Shown: in pieces, positions 1 to 10,935 of the stretch
Layout: every line of letters starts with the position of its first letter
How positions within the stretch are numbered: the stretch's first letter is position 1
Source of the DNA: Treponema sp.
GTDB taxonomy: Bacteria; Spirochaetota; Spirochaetia; Treponematales; Treponemataceae
NCBI GenBank assembly: GCA_016297805.1
Contig: JAEDFX010000001.1
Coordinates: 4,591-68,590 of the forward strand
Direction of reading: 5' to 3'
Length of the DNA stretch: 64,000 bases
Notes under the pieces: generated by a model
Told to the model about the DNA's origin: nothing
The model's input: the letters and a program-made list of their open reading frames with translations, nothing else
Databases searched by the model: none
Translations under genes and position numbers: made by a program

Positions 1-216
1 TGGAATATGTATATGAGAACAATATATATGGGATAAAAAATAAAATAATTAAAACCGAATTAAAAAAAGTCGAAAATTTTAATTTTATTGATTTTATGAA
101 TTATTTAAAATCAGTTTCTATTGAAAAGCTAGAACTTTCACTTCTTCCACTAATAGCATATTTCAGAAAATATAATAATTATGATGAAAATTTAGAGTAT
201 TCAGATTTTCTTAAAC

Positions 217-245
217 TTGCACACTCTTTTATAGTAAGTTATAAT
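217..245 (+). promoter_or_regulatory. sigma70-type promoter, probably leaderless transcript
   Basis: TTGCAC (217-222), 17-nt spacer, TATAAT (240-245); ATG at 253 is 7 nt downstream with no SD. Confidence 0.65.
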
Positions 246-252
246 TAAGATT

Positions 253-1539
253 ATGAAAAATAAATTTACTCTAGTCTATACAATTTTTGCTTCATTAATT
301 TTTGCGTTTTCTATTACATTCCTTGCATTTAATCTTTATAAAGAATATTCTTATGGTCCTGCAAGAACCTCTTCGACCTTTAATTCAATTATTTCTGATG
401 TAAGAAACAAATCAAAAACATCTTCTCCAGAAGAAATTGTTGGTTATTTACATAAATGTTTTGACAGATATAATGATTTTGCATATATCAAGATTTCATT
501 TAATGATAAAGAATTGTTGAAATATCCAGCAAATGCTGTTGAATCTTCAACAGGTTCTAAACTTACAAAAAAATTCAAAAGTTCTATTTCTACTGACAAT
601 GGAAGTTTCTATTTAGATTGTGATTTATATCTTCTTAGACCATATTCAATTTTTTACTATTCAAAAATTTCTTTCCTCATTATTTTAATAATGACAATTA
701 TTACAGTAATATTAATTGTTTATCTGAATATGTCTTCTGAAATATCTAAATCTTCAAGTGTAGATTTGGAGCTTGATACAGAACCAGAATTAGAACATGT
801 AGATACAACAGAAGAAATTGTTCAGATATCAAAACCTGAAGTTCCTGTAGAAAAAATTGAAGTAAAACCAGTTGTAGAGACACCAGTTTCTGAAGAACCT
901 GCTGTAGAAGCAGCAGAGCCTTCTGTTTCAGAAGAATCTGTACAGAAACCACAGGAAACATCTGAAATTCCTACTGAAGAGAAAACTGATACAGATGAAA
1001 AAGTTGTATTACCTAGTGAAGAAGAAAAACCTTCTCAGCTTGAAAATCCGGAAGGATTATTTAATCCAATTACAGGATTTGGATGGGAACAGTATCTTCT
1101 GACAAGATTGGACAGTGAAATCAACAGAGCTATAGCATCTGAAATTGATATATCCTTATTTGTAATTCAGCTTCCTGGATTGGAAAAGACTTCTGATATT
1201 TTCAAGAATATTTGTAACTATCTTTCTATTCAGTTCCAGTTTAAAGACTTGCTCTTTGAATACAAAGAAGATTGTCTTACTGCAATGAAAATAAGTATGA
1301 ATATTGATGAAGCACTGTCATTTGCTGATAAGATTTATTTTGATATTAAAAATATTATTCAGGATAAGGAATGCTTTATTGGTATTTCCAGCAGATCAAT
1401 CAGAATGGTTTCTGGAGAAAGATTACTTCACGAAGCCGACAATGCATTAATACATGCAAAGGAAGATCCTGACTCACCTATTATTGCTTTTAGAGTTGAT
1501 GCAGAAAAATACAGACAGTATTTAGAACAGCACAACTAA
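253..1539 (+). CDS. membrane protein with acidic linker and degenerate GGDEF-like C-terminal domain
   Basis: Two TM segments, E/P/V-rich linker, then NPITGFGW...RLDSEINRA...ADNALIHAK resembling the GGDEF fold, without the GGDEF motif. Confidence 0.6.
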   Translation: MKNKFTLVYTIFASLIFAFSITFLAFNLYKEYSYGPARTSSTFNSIISDVRNKSKTSSPEEIVGYLHKCFDRYNDFAYIKISFNDKELLKYPANAVESSTGSKLTKKFKSSISTDNGSFYLDCDLYLLRPYSIFYYSKISFLIILIMTIITVILIVYLNMSSEISKSSSVDLELDTEPELEHVDTTEEIVQISKPEVPVEKIEVKPVVETPVSEEPAVEAAEPSVSEESVQKPQETSEIPTEEKTDTDEKVVLPSEEEKPSQLENPEGLFNPITGFGWEQYLLTRLDSEINRAIASEIDISLFVIQLPGLEKTSDIFKNICNYLSIQFQFKDLLFEYKEDCLTAMKISMNIDEALSFADKIYFDIKNIIQDKECFIGISSRSIRMVSGERLLHEADNALIHAKEDPDSPIIAFRVDAEKYRQYLEQHN

Positions 1540-2162
1540 TTAGTCTTTTCTTCCGAAGCTTCTTCTTTTGAAGTATACTTTTCTATAGTATACTTCAATC
1601 GCTCAATATTTTTATTATCCGGGAAGTCAGTTTTAAGTTTTGTAAATAAACTTTCAATTTCTTCCTGATTCTTTTTATAAGATTCTTCATCTGGCATTAG
1701 TATTGCAATATAGTTTTCAATATAAGTAGCATTTTCTGGTTCTAAATCCAATAACTCTTTATATATTTTTTCAGCTTCCTTAATTTCACCCTGCATTGTA
1801 TAAATATATGCAAGGCTTGCTTTTAATGAAGAATTATCTTTGTCTCTTTTCAGCATTTTTTCATACATAGGTAAAGCATTATTCCAATCAGAAGTAAGAG
1901 CGTAACATTTTGCTAATTTATAATATGAAGACCAGTAAAGTTCTCTGTTCTTCATTGCCATTTCATAGTATTTAATGGCATTTGAATACTGTTCAAGATT
2001 GTAGTATGTATCTCCAATGTTTGAATATTCAACATATAAATTATTAAGAATTGCTTTCTCTTCACCCGGGATTGGAATAAGCTTATTGGAAGCACAAGAC
2101 TCCAGGGAAAAACTCGAAATGAGAAAAATAAAAACTGTAATTAATGCAGACGATTTTTTCAC
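1536..2162 (-). CDS. TPR-repeat lipoprotein
   Basis: Signal peptide ending SLESC; TPR-like helices (IGDTYYNLEQYSNAIKYYE, LAYIYTMQGEIKEA). Confidence 0.7.
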   Translation of the reverse strand: MKKSSALITVFIFLISSFSLESCASNKLIPIPGEEKAILNNLYVEYSNIGDTYYNLEQYSNAIKYYEMAMKNRELYWSSYYKLAKCYALTSDWNNALPMYEKMLKRDKDNSSLKASLAYIYTMQGEIKEAEKIYKELLDLEPENATYIENYIAILMPDEESYKKNQEEIESLFTKLKTDFPDNKNIERLKYTIEKYTSKEEASEEKTN

Positions 2163-2167
2163 TCTAA

Positions 2168-3202
2168 TTAGCCAAGAACAATTTTTTCAATTTCATATAA
2201 TTGAGATTTATACAATCCAGAAATATTATGACCATAATCAGCAATAAGCTGAATCATATTTCTTGGAGCTTCTTTAGTATCGCAACCATTAAGACGGTCA
2301 CCAGCATCTCCAAGACCTGGCATAATATATGCTTTTTCATTCATTACAGGATCAAGCCAAAGAGTATAACAAGTACAATTTTCAAGAGCGCGTGTTACAC
2401 GAATACTTCCCTTCAATGTAGAAATTGTGTTGAAGAAAGCGATTGATTTAGGTTTTACATTTTGACTCTGTAGATATTTTACAACAGTAACAAGAGAACC
2501 ACCAGTTGCATTCATTGGATCAGCAAAAATCAAATCTTTACCATCAAGATCTGAAAGATTAAAGAAAGATTTATTCAAATCCATAATATATTCCATATCA
2601 TTTTCATTTTTTGAATCATTACGACTGATTTTGAACAAAGCAAATGGTGTTTTATATCCATGTGAAGAATATTCCTGAATTTCTTTTGACATAATCATGG
2701 ATGGTAAAAGGGCTCCACGAAGCATTACACACATAACTGTATTTTCAATTTTATGATCAATATCTGGAATTTTATGAACTGCATAATTCTGAACAGGGAA
2801 AGTTACAGGAGTTTTAACAACCATATGACCTTTTTTATCAGAATGCTGATCAATATATGCCAAACGGAAAAGCATTTCATAGGCACGCTGACTGTAATAC
2901 ATAAACTCCTGATGATCAGTTTTTACATCACGAAGTTTTGCAATTACACGAGAAGCTTCTGCATGAGCACCCTCTTCTGTTTCAAAAGAGTAAACCTTAA
3001 TGTTAGGATGCTTTGCACAAACATCCTGCATTGCTTTACCCATTCTATCATAGCCTTCAATAACTTTTTCTTCATTCAATGGGTCAAATGACTTCATTGT
3101 TTCTTTAAACATCTGTTCAAGATTGTTTAAATCCTGCATATCTTCATTAGTAAGATATCCATCCAAATCTTCTGCTTTTAAGATTACCTTGTCATTTGCC
3201 AT
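2168..3202 (-). CDS. upp: uracil phosphoribosyltransferase, long spirochaete type
   Basis: MLRGAL, PRPP motif [14 protein letters not shown]-terminal [12 protein letters not shown]. Confidence 0.85.
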   Translation of the reverse strand: MANDKVILKAEDLDGYLTNEDMQDLNNLEQMFKETMKSFDPLNEEKVIEGYDRMGKAMQDVCAKHPNIKVYSFETEEGAHAEASRVIAKLRDVKTDHQEFMYYSQRAYEMLFRLAYIDQHSDKKGHMVVKTPVTFPVQNYAVHKIPDIDHKIENTVMCVMLRGALLPSMIMSKEIQEYSSHGYKTPFALFKISRNDSKNENDMEYIMDLNKSFFNLSDLDGKDLIFADPMNATGGSLVTVVKYLQSQNVKPKSIAFFNTISTLKGSIRVTRALENCTCYTLWLDPVMNEKAYIMPGLGDAGDRLNGCDTKEAPRNMIQLIADYGHNISGLYKSQLYEIEKIVLG

Positions 3203-3211
3203 TTTTTTCTC

Positions 3212-4087
3212 CTATAAAACTAATAATTTATATAATTGTTTTTTATCAAGTTTAATACCATTAATCTGAAGTTCACTAGTACCAATAACAATGCTCTGAG
3301 AATTTGTTAAACCAAATGCCAAAGTAAGTAAAGTTCTTCCAGCTTTTAAATATTTGTCATTTCTAAATTGAAAATCAAGATTAAGTAAATACTGATTAGG
3401 ATGTTTTGGATCTGTAACGAAAGAACCGGAAACATCTATTAATTTTAAATCTAACTGAGCTCCTGTTAGAATTGTAAGAAAAGACTGTGGTTTATTAGCA
3501 TAGAAACGAATCTCTGATTCAGCTTCTGTAAGATATGAAACAAGAGCATCATCTAACTCTGAATAAATCCCCACATTTTCTGCAGGCATTGAAAAAAGAG
3601 AGTCATATTTATTAAGCATTTCAGGAATATCACGACCTAAACAGGTAATATTATCTGATGGAAATGAAATATCAACTCCATTATATGAATAAATCTGATA
3701 TTCATTATCTGAATTACCAGGAATAAATTTTGAAGTCTCCCAGCCTGATTTTGTATTAAGAATTTTTGGAAGATATTTTCTTGGAATTGAGGAATCTATA
3801 GCAGCTTGAATTTCAGTTCCACTTTTAGAACGATTCAAACTGCAATAAATCTTGTTCACACAATTTGAAATAGTTTTTACTTCAGATGAAGAAATATTCT
3901 GAACATTATTTTCTATTATTCTATTTATTAAATCTTCATCTGCAGCTTTTGGAATAGCAATATAAAAACCACTGCTATTATCCAAAAGCTCAATAGGATG
4001 AACAGTTCTTCCTGCAGGAGGTAAAGTCTTACAACACGCAAGAAGAAAAGCGAGTATAGAAATAAATAATATACTAAGCTTTTTCAA
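3212..4087 (-). CDS. hypothetical lipoprotein
   Basis: MKK + hydrophobic core + LLAC lipobox; overlaps the ileS stop. Confidence 0.65.
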   Translation of the reverse strand: MKKLSILFISILAFLLACCKTLPPAGRTVHPIELLDNSSGFYIAIPKAADEDLINRIIENNVQNISSSEVKTISNCVNKIYCSLNRSKSGTEIQAAIDSSIPRKYLPKILNTKSGWETSKFIPGNSDNEYQIYSYNGVDISFPSDNITCLGRDIPEMLNKYDSLFSMPAENVGIYSELDDALVSYLTEAESEIRFYANKPQSFLTILTGAQLDLKLIDVSGSFVTDPKHPNQYLLNLDFQFRNDKYLKAGRTLLTLAFGLTNSQSIVIGTSELQINGIKLDKKQLYKLLVL

Positions 4088-7000
4088 CCTTCATACCCCA
4101 TTTCTTGTCATCAGCTTCAACTTCTACAGCATCAACCAATGAAGTTGACCATTCTGTAGAGGAAGCCAATGTTTCACTAGCAATAAAGTCTTTGAACATT
4201 TTATAAGCATCTTCAAGAACTGAATCACCAGAAAGTGTAAGTTTAATTCTGTCAGTTACATTATAACCGTTTTCTTTACGCTGGTTCTGAATACCACGGA
4301 TAAGGTCACGAACATAACCTTCTTTCTTAAGTTCATCTGTAATCTTAGAATCAAGACCAACTGTCAAAGTACCATCGTTCAAAACCTTCAAATCATCTTT
4401 TTCAGTTCTTTCTACAAGTACTTTTTCAGCATTAAGATCAACTTTAGTTCCATCAACATCAATTGATACTGGTTTTCCATCAAGAATTCCTGCAATCTGA
4501 TCATTAGAAAGTGTTGCAATTAGTGCAGCAGCAGCTTTCATCTTAGGACCAAGTTCTTTACCAAGTACCTTAAAGTTTGCTTTTGCACTGTATTCAACAA
4601 GTTCATCTTCGCGGTCATGGAATTCAACCTTCTTAACATTTAACTCTTCTGCAATAACATCCTGCATTTCTGCAAGAACAGCCTTCTCATCAGGATTACG
4701 AGTTACAAGAGCAACAGATGCCAATGGCTGACGGTTCTTCAAATTGAACTGATTACGCAAGCTGTGACCCATTGAAACTGCCTTCTGAACTGTAGCCATC
4801 TTGAATTCAAGCTCTTCATTAATCCAAGCTTTATTTACAGTTGGATAATCACATAAATGAACTGATTCTTTATCTTCTGAAGTCTTAAGGTTCTGGTACA
4901 TTTCTTCTGTAATAAATGGAACAAATGGAGCTGCAACTTCAGCTACAGTCTTTAAAGCAATATAAAGTGCTTCGTAAGCTTCAGCTTTATCTGTATCATT
5001 TTCAGATTTCCAGAAACGACGGCGGCTGCGACGGATATACCAGTTATTAAGTTGATCAATAAACTTAACAATTGGATCAACTGCAGTAGATAAATCATAA
5101 TCATCAAGAGCTGCAGTTACATCTGCAACAAGCTTCTGTGTAATAGAAAGTAACCATGCATCCAAAGGATTTGATGGAAGTTTACTGTCAAACATATGTC
5201 CTGTTGGCTGTACCTTATCAATATTTGCATAAGTTACAAAGAATGAGTAAGAGTTCCACCAAGGAATGATAATTGACTTAAGAACATCACGAACACCATC
5301 ATCAGAGTAACGAAGGTCATCAGCCTTAACAACAGCCGAATGAATGAGGAACAAGCGAAGTGCATCTGCCCCAAACTTATTGATTGCTTCAACTGGATCT
5401 GTATAGTTACGCAAAGATTTAGACATTTTTCGCCCATCAGAAGCAAGGACAAGTCCGTTTACAATACAGTTCTGGAATGCAGGTTTATCAAACAAAAGTG
5501 CGGCAAGAACTGTAAGTGTATAGAACCATCCGCGAGTCTGATCCAAACCTTCAGAAATGAAGTTTGCTGGGAAGTGTTTTTCAAAATATTCTTTATTTTC
5601 AAATGGGTAATGCTGCTGAGCATAAGGCATTGAACCAGATTCAAACCAGCAGTCAAATACTTCCGGAATACGGTGCATTGTCTTTCCACATTTTGAACAA
5701 GGAATAGTAATTTTATCTACATACTGTTTGTGTAAATCGTCTGGGTAAGTTCCGCTTAAATCAGCAAGTTCCTGACGGCTTCCTACGCAAAGAGCATTTT
5801 TACATTCTGGATCTTCACACTTCCAGATAGGAATTGGGTTACCCCAGTAACGGTTACGGCTAACAGCCCAGTCACGAGAGTTAGCAAGCCATTTACCAAA
5901 GCGTCCTTCCTTAATATGTGAAGGCTGCCATTTTATCTGAGAATTTGCACGGAGCAATTCTTCGTGGTGGTCTGCAACTTTTACAAACCAGGAACCAATA
6001 CCACGGTAAATTAATGGAGAACCACAACGCCAGCAGTGTGGATAAGAGTGCATATGCTGTTCTTTCTTAACCAGCTTACCTTCTTTCTTAAGGCGATCCA
6101 TAATATCTTTATCACAATCTTTTACAAAGCGACCAACATAATCTGGTACTTCTTTTGTGAATTTACATTCTGCATCAATTGGTTCAACTTCTGGAACACC
6201 TGAACCTGCAAAAACTTTATGGTCATCTTCACCAAATGCTGGAGCAATATGAACAATACCTGTACCATCTTCTGTAGAAACGTAATCTGCATTGAACATA
6301 CGGAATGCACCATCAGTACATTTCTGTTTTGAATCTTCTTCACAAACTTTTGGATCTGCATACTTTGCAAAGTATGGGAATAAAGGTTCATAACGTGCAC
6401 CAAGGAATTCCTTACCTTTATGACGGTAAATGATTTCGTAAGCTTCTGGATCTTTATAATAAGCAGACAAACGAGCTTCTGCGAAAATATAGTAATCTCC
6501 AGATTCTTTATCAAGGATTTTTACATAATCTAATTCTGGTCCCATACAAAGACCCAGGTTTGAAGGAAGAGTCCAAGGTGTTGTTGTCCAAGCAATAAAG
6601 TATGTCTTACCGTTTGCCATATCAGGATCATCAATTGCGTCAGGAGCCTTTGTAATCTTGAAGCGAACAGTAACTGTCATATCATTTACATCTTTATAAC
6701 CCTGAGCAAGTTCATGAGTAGAAAGAACTGTAGAACAACGTGGACAGTAAGGAAGAATATATTTTCCTTCATAAATAAGCTGTTTATCCCAAAGCTGTTT
6801 AGCAATCCACCAGATTGATTCCATGTATTCTGGATTCATTGTTTTGTAGTCATGGTCAAAATCAACCCAACGTCCCATACGTGTAATTGTCTGGCGCCAT
6901 TCAGATGTATATTTAAGAACTGAAGCTTTACAAGCGTCGTTGAATTTATCAACACCAAGTTCTTCAATTTCGTGTTTTGAGTTAATTCCAAGTTCTTTTT

Positions 7001-7292
7001 CAATAAGGTTTTCTACTGGAAGACCATGACAGTCCCAACCAAAACGGCGTTCAACCTTCTTACCCTTCATTGTCTGGTAACGTGGAATAATATCTTTAAT
7101 AGTTGATGGAATAAAATGTCCGAAGTGTGGAAGTCCTGTTGCAAATGGTGGTCCGTCAAAGAATACATATTCTTCTGAACCTTCTCTCTGGTCCAAAGAT
7201 TTTTCAAAAATCTTGTTATCCTGCCAGAATTTTAATACTTCTTCTTCCTGTTTTGGGAAGTCTACTTTTGGATCAACTGGTTTAAAACTCAT
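4074..7292 (-). CDS. ileS: isoleucine--tRNA ligase (type 2)
   Basis: DGPPFATGLPHFGH, GWDCHGLP, WTTTPWTLPSN, EGLDQTRGWFY, KMSKS; long type-2 C-terminus. Confidence 0.97.
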   Translation of the reverse strand: MSFKPVDPKVDFPKQEEEVLKFWQDNKIFEKSLDQREGSEEYVFFDGPPFATGLPHFGHFIPSTIKDIIPRYQTMKGKKVERRFGWDCHGLPVENLIEKELGINSKHEIEELGVDKFNDACKASVLKYTSEWRQTITRMGRWVDFDHDYKTMNPEYMESIWWIAKQLWDKQLIYEGKYILPYCPRCSTVLSTHELAQGYKDVNDMTVTVRFKITKAPDAIDDPDMANGKTYFIAWTTTPWTLPSNLGLCMGPELDYVKILDKESGDYYIFAEARLSAYYKDPEAYEIIYRHKGKEFLGARYEPLFPYFAKYADPKVCEEDSKQKCTDGAFRMFNADYVSTEDGTGIVHIAPAFGEDDHKVFAGSGVPEVEPIDAECKFTKEVPDYVGRFVKDCDKDIMDRLKKEGKLVKKEQHMHSYPHCWRCGSPLIYRGIGSWFVKVADHHEELLRANSQIKWQPSHIKEGRFGKWLANSRDWAVSRNRYWGNPIPIWKCEDPECKNALCVGSRQELADLSGTYPDDLHKQYVDKITIPCSKCGKTMHRIPEVFDCWFESGSMPYAQQHYPFENKEYFEKHFPANFISEGLDQTRGWFYTLTVLAALLFDKPAFQNCIVNGLVLASDGRKMSKSLRNYTDPVEAINKFGADALRLFLIHSAVVKADDLRYSDDGVRDVLKSIIIPWWNSYSFFVTYANIDKVQPTGHMFDSKLPSNPLDAWLLSITQKLVADVTAALDDYDLSTAVDPIVKFIDQLNNWYIRRSRRRFWKSENDTDKAEAYEALYIALKTVAEVAAPFVPFITEEMYQNLKTSEDKESVHLCDYPTVNKAWINEELEFKMATVQKAVSMGHSLRNQFNLKNRQPLASVALVTRNPDEKAVLAEMQDVIAEELNVKKVEFHDREDELVEYSAKANFKVLGKELGPKMKAAAALIATLSNDQIAGILDGKPVSIDVDGTKVDLNAEKVLVERTEKDDLKVLNDGTLTVGLDSKITDELKKEGYVRDLIRGIQNQRKENGYNVTDRIKLTLSGDSVLEDAYKMFKDFIASETLASSTEWSTSLVDAVEVEADDKKWGMKVEKA

Positions 7293-7353
7293 GTTAAAAT
7301 TCCTTATAATCTATTTAAAATCTACTTATTATAGCGTAAAAACAAACAATATT

Positions 7354-8175
7354 CTATAGACCTAATTTTTTATCTATTTTTTCACGATTATTGCTGTAAT
7401 CAAGAACTGAATAGCCCTTTGAATTAAGCATTTTTATAAAATTTATATAACTTGTTCCCGGCAACACATTTTCTGCTGCCTGTAAATATTCAGAACATTT
7501 TGTCTTATCAGTATTGAAATAATATTGAGAAAGATAGACAGCGGAATAATATTTTTCATAATCATTACTTGCACAGCTGTATGCCTGATTAAACAATTCC
7601 CCTGCTTTTTTTTGACTACCACCACCTATTCCTGGAGCAAAATAATACCACAAAGCACTATTCATACAGGCAACTGACATTTCAGGATATTTTTCAACTA
7701 AAGCATCATAATCTTTTTTTTCCTGCAAACCTAACTTTATAGCCTGAGTCTGAGGTAAAAAACGCATGCAGGAATTAATCAAATCTCCATAGGAAACCAC
7801 ATACCATTTATTTAAATCATCAGTATGCGATTCATTCCACTCAACAACCTTTTCATACTGATTCATTATAAGTTCTTTAGCAGATTCACTATTCATATCA
7901 ATATTGTAGAGATATGTATATTTTGACAGAACCAGCAGATTTTCAATAATAAGTCTTACTTCATCAGACAACTGATTCTGAATTTCTGGACTTTCAATTT
8001 CAAGAATATAATCATCAAGCATTTGAATAGCTGACTCATTTGAGTCACAGGATCTTGTTAATAATTCCTGCTGCAGGGTCTTTTCCAACAACTGATTTTC
8101 AAAATCAGACATACTTTCCTTTGCGAATAAAGGTAAAATACTTAAAAGAATTACAAAAAATGCATATTTTTTCAT
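7354..8175 (-). CDS. hypothetical exported helical (TPR-like) protein
   Basis: ORF track 7354..8193; likely start ATG 8175 (MKKYAFFVILLSILPLFA signal peptide); contains YYFAPGIGGGS. Confidence 0.55.
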   Translation of the reverse strand: MKKYAFFVILLSILPLFAKESMSDFENQLLEKTLQQELLTRSCDSNESAIQMLDDYILEIESPEIQNQLSDEVRLIIENLLVLSKYTYLYNIDMNSESAKELIMNQYEKVVEWNESHTDDLNKWYVVSYGDLINSCMRFLPQTQAIKLGLQEKKDYDALVEKYPEMSVACMNSALWYYFAPGIGGGSQKKAGELFNQAYSCASNDYEKYYSAVYLSQYYFNTDKTKCSEYLQAAENVLPGTSYINFIKMLNSKGYSVLDYSNNREKIDKKLGL

Positions 8176-8254
8176 ACAATCAAAATAAACCAATCCTGTG
8201 ATTTATACAATAACAGTCTTTACAATGTTCAATAATTGTTCTAATGTGTAATTT

Positions 8255-9301
8255 ATGAATACTATAAACACAACTAAAGAAATCCCTATTTTCTTTGCAA
8301 CAGATGATAATTATGCACCTTTCTTAACTGTGAGTTTAAATTCACTTTTAAAAAATGCTTCAAAGGACTATTTTTATAAAATTTATGTTCTTACAACTAA
8401 TCTTAATCCAGTTCTTCAGGGAAGAATCAAACAGGTTTTAACACCAAATTCAACAATTGAATTCATTTCTTTAAAGAATGAACTTGATAAGATTCAGGAT
8501 TTATTCCATTTGAGAGACTATTATTCAAAGGAAACTTATTACAGATTCTTTATTCCTGATCTGTTTCCAGATTATGACAAGGTTCTTTATCTTGACTGTG
8601 ATATTATTGTAATTGATGATATTTCTAAACTCTACAACACAGATATAAAAGACTACTATGCTGCTGCAGCTGTGGAAGAAGTTATGCAGACTGTAAAAGT
8701 TTTTGGTGATTATACAGTAAAAAATCTTGGCGTTCCTACAGAAACATATTTTAACGCAGGTGTACTTTTAATAAACAACAAACGTTTCTTAAAATTCAAG
8801 ATTGCTGAAAAATTTGTAGAACTTTCAAAGCAGTACACATTCCGTGTAACCCAGGATGAAGACTATCTTAATGTTCTTCTTAAAAATAAAGTAAAAATTC
8901 TTGATTTAGGATGGAACAAAACAGCATATAAAAATCCTGAGTTCAATGATGCTGACTTGAAGTTGATTCACTATAAAATCAACTGGAAGCCTTGGCATTA
9001 TGACAATGTTCTTTATCAGGATTATTTCTGGAAATATGCTAAAGAAACTGATTTTTATGAAGAAATTCTTGCCATGAGAGATACTTATGGTGATGATTTG
9101 AAAGCCAGAGATCAGAAACAATATGAAAACTTAGTTCAGATGGCTATTGAAGATTCAAACAATCCTAATAACTATTGTAACACAGTAGTGAAATTTGAGA
9201 ATCAGAAAGCTAAAGGACTTGTAAGAATTAATAACTTGAACCTTATTTCTAAATTAATTGGTTTGAAAGGACGAATTCTTAATGGCAACAGCGACAAATA
9301 A
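8255..9301 (+). CDS. glycosyltransferase family 8
   Basis: IPIFFATDDNY, YYRFFIPDLFPDYDKVLYLDCD (DxD), YFNAGVLLIN, QDEDYLN, HYKINWKPW. Confidence 0.9.
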   Translation: MNTINTTKEIPIFFATDDNYAPFLTVSLNSLLKNASKDYFYKIYVLTTNLNPVLQGRIKQVLTPNSTIEFISLKNELDKIQDLFHLRDYYSKETYYRFFIPDLFPDYDKVLYLDCDIIVIDDISKLYNTDIKDYYAAAAVEEVMQTVKVFGDYTVKNLGVPTETYFNAGVLLINNKRFLKFKIAEKFVELSKQYTFRVTQDEDYLNVLLKNKVKILDLGWNKTAYKNPEFNDADLKLIHYKINWKPWHYDNVLYQDYFWKYAKETDFYEEILAMRDTYGDDLKARDQKQYENLVQMAIEDSNNPNNYCNTVVKFENQKAKGLVRINNLNLISKLIGLKGRILNGNSDK

Positions 9302-10151
9302 GATTTCACAGGTTGAGAAAAAAGAAACAGATCGTCTCAAGATTCTTGAACGCATAGATGAATTTGAAAAAAATCAATGGTGGTCAAAGGATGTTGAAGA
9401 TGATCCTCCAACAGTTCCTCTTACTGCAGACAAAGTAGATTATTTGAACAAAAAATTAATAAATAAACTTCTTACCTACTTTGTTAACAGAAAGGCCTGG
9501 AAGTTTATTCTGCAGCTTATAAAAAATAAGCAGCTTATCATTAAAGAAATAAAAGGCATTGAAAACTTTGAAAAGGTTGCAGATAAAGGTTTAATCATTA
9601 CCTGCAATCATTTCAATGCTTTTGATAATTTTGCCCTGCACTATGCTTTTTATCCTTATTTAAAAACAAGACTTTATAAGGTTATCCGTGAAGGTAACTA
9701 TACATCTTTCCCTGGCTTTTATGGATTATTGTTCAGACATTGCAGAACTCTCCCATTAAGCTCCAATTATTCTTGTCTTAAACTTTTTCTTAGTGCAATA
9801 GATACTTTATTAAAACGTGGTGAAAAAATACTAGTTTATCCAGAACAAGGAATGTGGTGGAATTATAGAAAACCTAGACCAATGGCATCTGGAGCATTTA
9901 AATTTGCAGTAACAAGTAATGCTCCAATTCTTCCAGTATTTATTACAATGACGGATTCTGATTTAGTTGATAATGACGGATTCCCTATTCAGGAATATAC
10001 AATTAATATTCTGGAACCAATTTATCCTGATGAAAAACTTTCTGCAAAAGAAAATATGGAATATTTGAAGAATAAGAATTATGAAATGTGGAAAGCAACT
10101 TACGAGGATTTCTACAAAATTCCTTTAACCTACTTAAATTCAGATGAATAA
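9282..10151 (+). CDS. PlsC-like lysophospholipid acyltransferase
   Basis: NHFNAFD (HX4D), LVYPEQG, APILPVFI. Confidence 0.8.
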   Translation: MATATNKISQVEKKETDRLKILERIDEFEKNQWWSKDVEDDPPTVPLTADKVDYLNKKLINKLLTYFVNRKAWKFILQLIKNKQLIIKEIKGIENFEKVADKGLIITCNHFNAFDNFALHYAFYPYLKTRLYKVIREGNYTSFPGFYGLLFRHCRTLPLSSNYSCLKLFLSAIDTLLKRGEKILVYPEQGMWWNYRKPRPMASGAFKFAVTSNAPILPVFITMTDSDLVDNDGFPIQEYTINILEPIYPDEKLSAKENMEYLKNKNYEMWKATYEDFYKIPLTYLNSDE

Positions 10152-10935
10152 AGATAAAATTATTTATTTTTCAGATGAGTTAAATGACGAGTTCTCTACA
10201 GCGCAAATTCAACCTCGAAAAATAGATGAATCATATAATTATGATGGTAATAAATTTTTAAGAGCAATTTCTCACTTCTTCTGGTATAGAATTATTTTTT
10301 ATCCAGGTGCATGGATTTATTTAAAACTTGTATATCATCATAAAATTATAAATCGCAAAGCATTAAAAAAAGAAAAAAAGAACAGTTTCTTTCTATATGG
10401 CAATCACACAAATGATATGGCTGATCCGTATATACCTACTTTTGTTGTATTTCCTAAATCCAACTATGTAATTGTTCATGCAAACAATGTTTCTATGCCA
10501 TTTCTTGGAAGAATTACACCAAGTTTGGGAGCTATTCCACTTCCTGATAATCTTGCTGCCAGCAAAAACTTTACAAACAGTATTAAAGATAAAGTTGAGC
10601 ACAACCATCCTGTTACAATTTATCCGGAAGCTCATATCTGGCCTTTCTATACAAAAATCAGACCCTTTGGGAACACCTCCTTCAGGTATCCTGTTCAATA
10701 CGACAAAGCAGTTTACTGTTTTACTAACACATATCAAAAAAGAAAATTTAGTAAAACTCCTAAAATTGTTACATATATAGACGGGCCATTTTATCCAGAT
10801 AAGAATCTAAATGGAAAAGACCAGCGTGAAGATTTAAGAAATAAAGTTTACTCTGCTATGGTTGAACGTAGTAAAATGAATAATGTAGAATTAATAAAAT
10901 ATATAAAAAAAACAGATGAGGAAAAAAATGATTAA
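10144..10935 (+). CDS. PlsC-like acyltransferase with variant catalytic motif
   Basis: YGNHTNDMAD, LGAIPL, TIYPEAHIW. Confidence 0.75.
   Translation: MNKDKIIYFSDELNDEFSTAQIQPRKIDESYNYDGNKFLRAISHFFWYRIIFYPGAWIYLKLVYHHKIINRKALKKEKKNSFFLYGNHTNDMADPYIPTFVVFPKSNYVIVHANNVSMPFLGRITPSLGAIPLPDNLAASKNFTNSIKDKVEHNHPVTIYPEAHIWPFYTKIRPFGNTSFRYPVQYDKAVYCFTNTYQKRKFSKTPKIVTYIDGPFYPDKNLNGKDQREDLRNKVYSAMVERSKMNNVELIKYIKKTDEEKND

Noticed and set aside
4074..7292. Acquired mupirocin-resistance ileS2
   Set aside because: Type-2 IleRS is the usual housekeeping form in spirochaetes, and there is no mobile context.
7293..7353. T-box leader upstream of ileS
   Set aside because: The intergenic gap is ~60 nt with no T-box motif or terminator/antiterminator.
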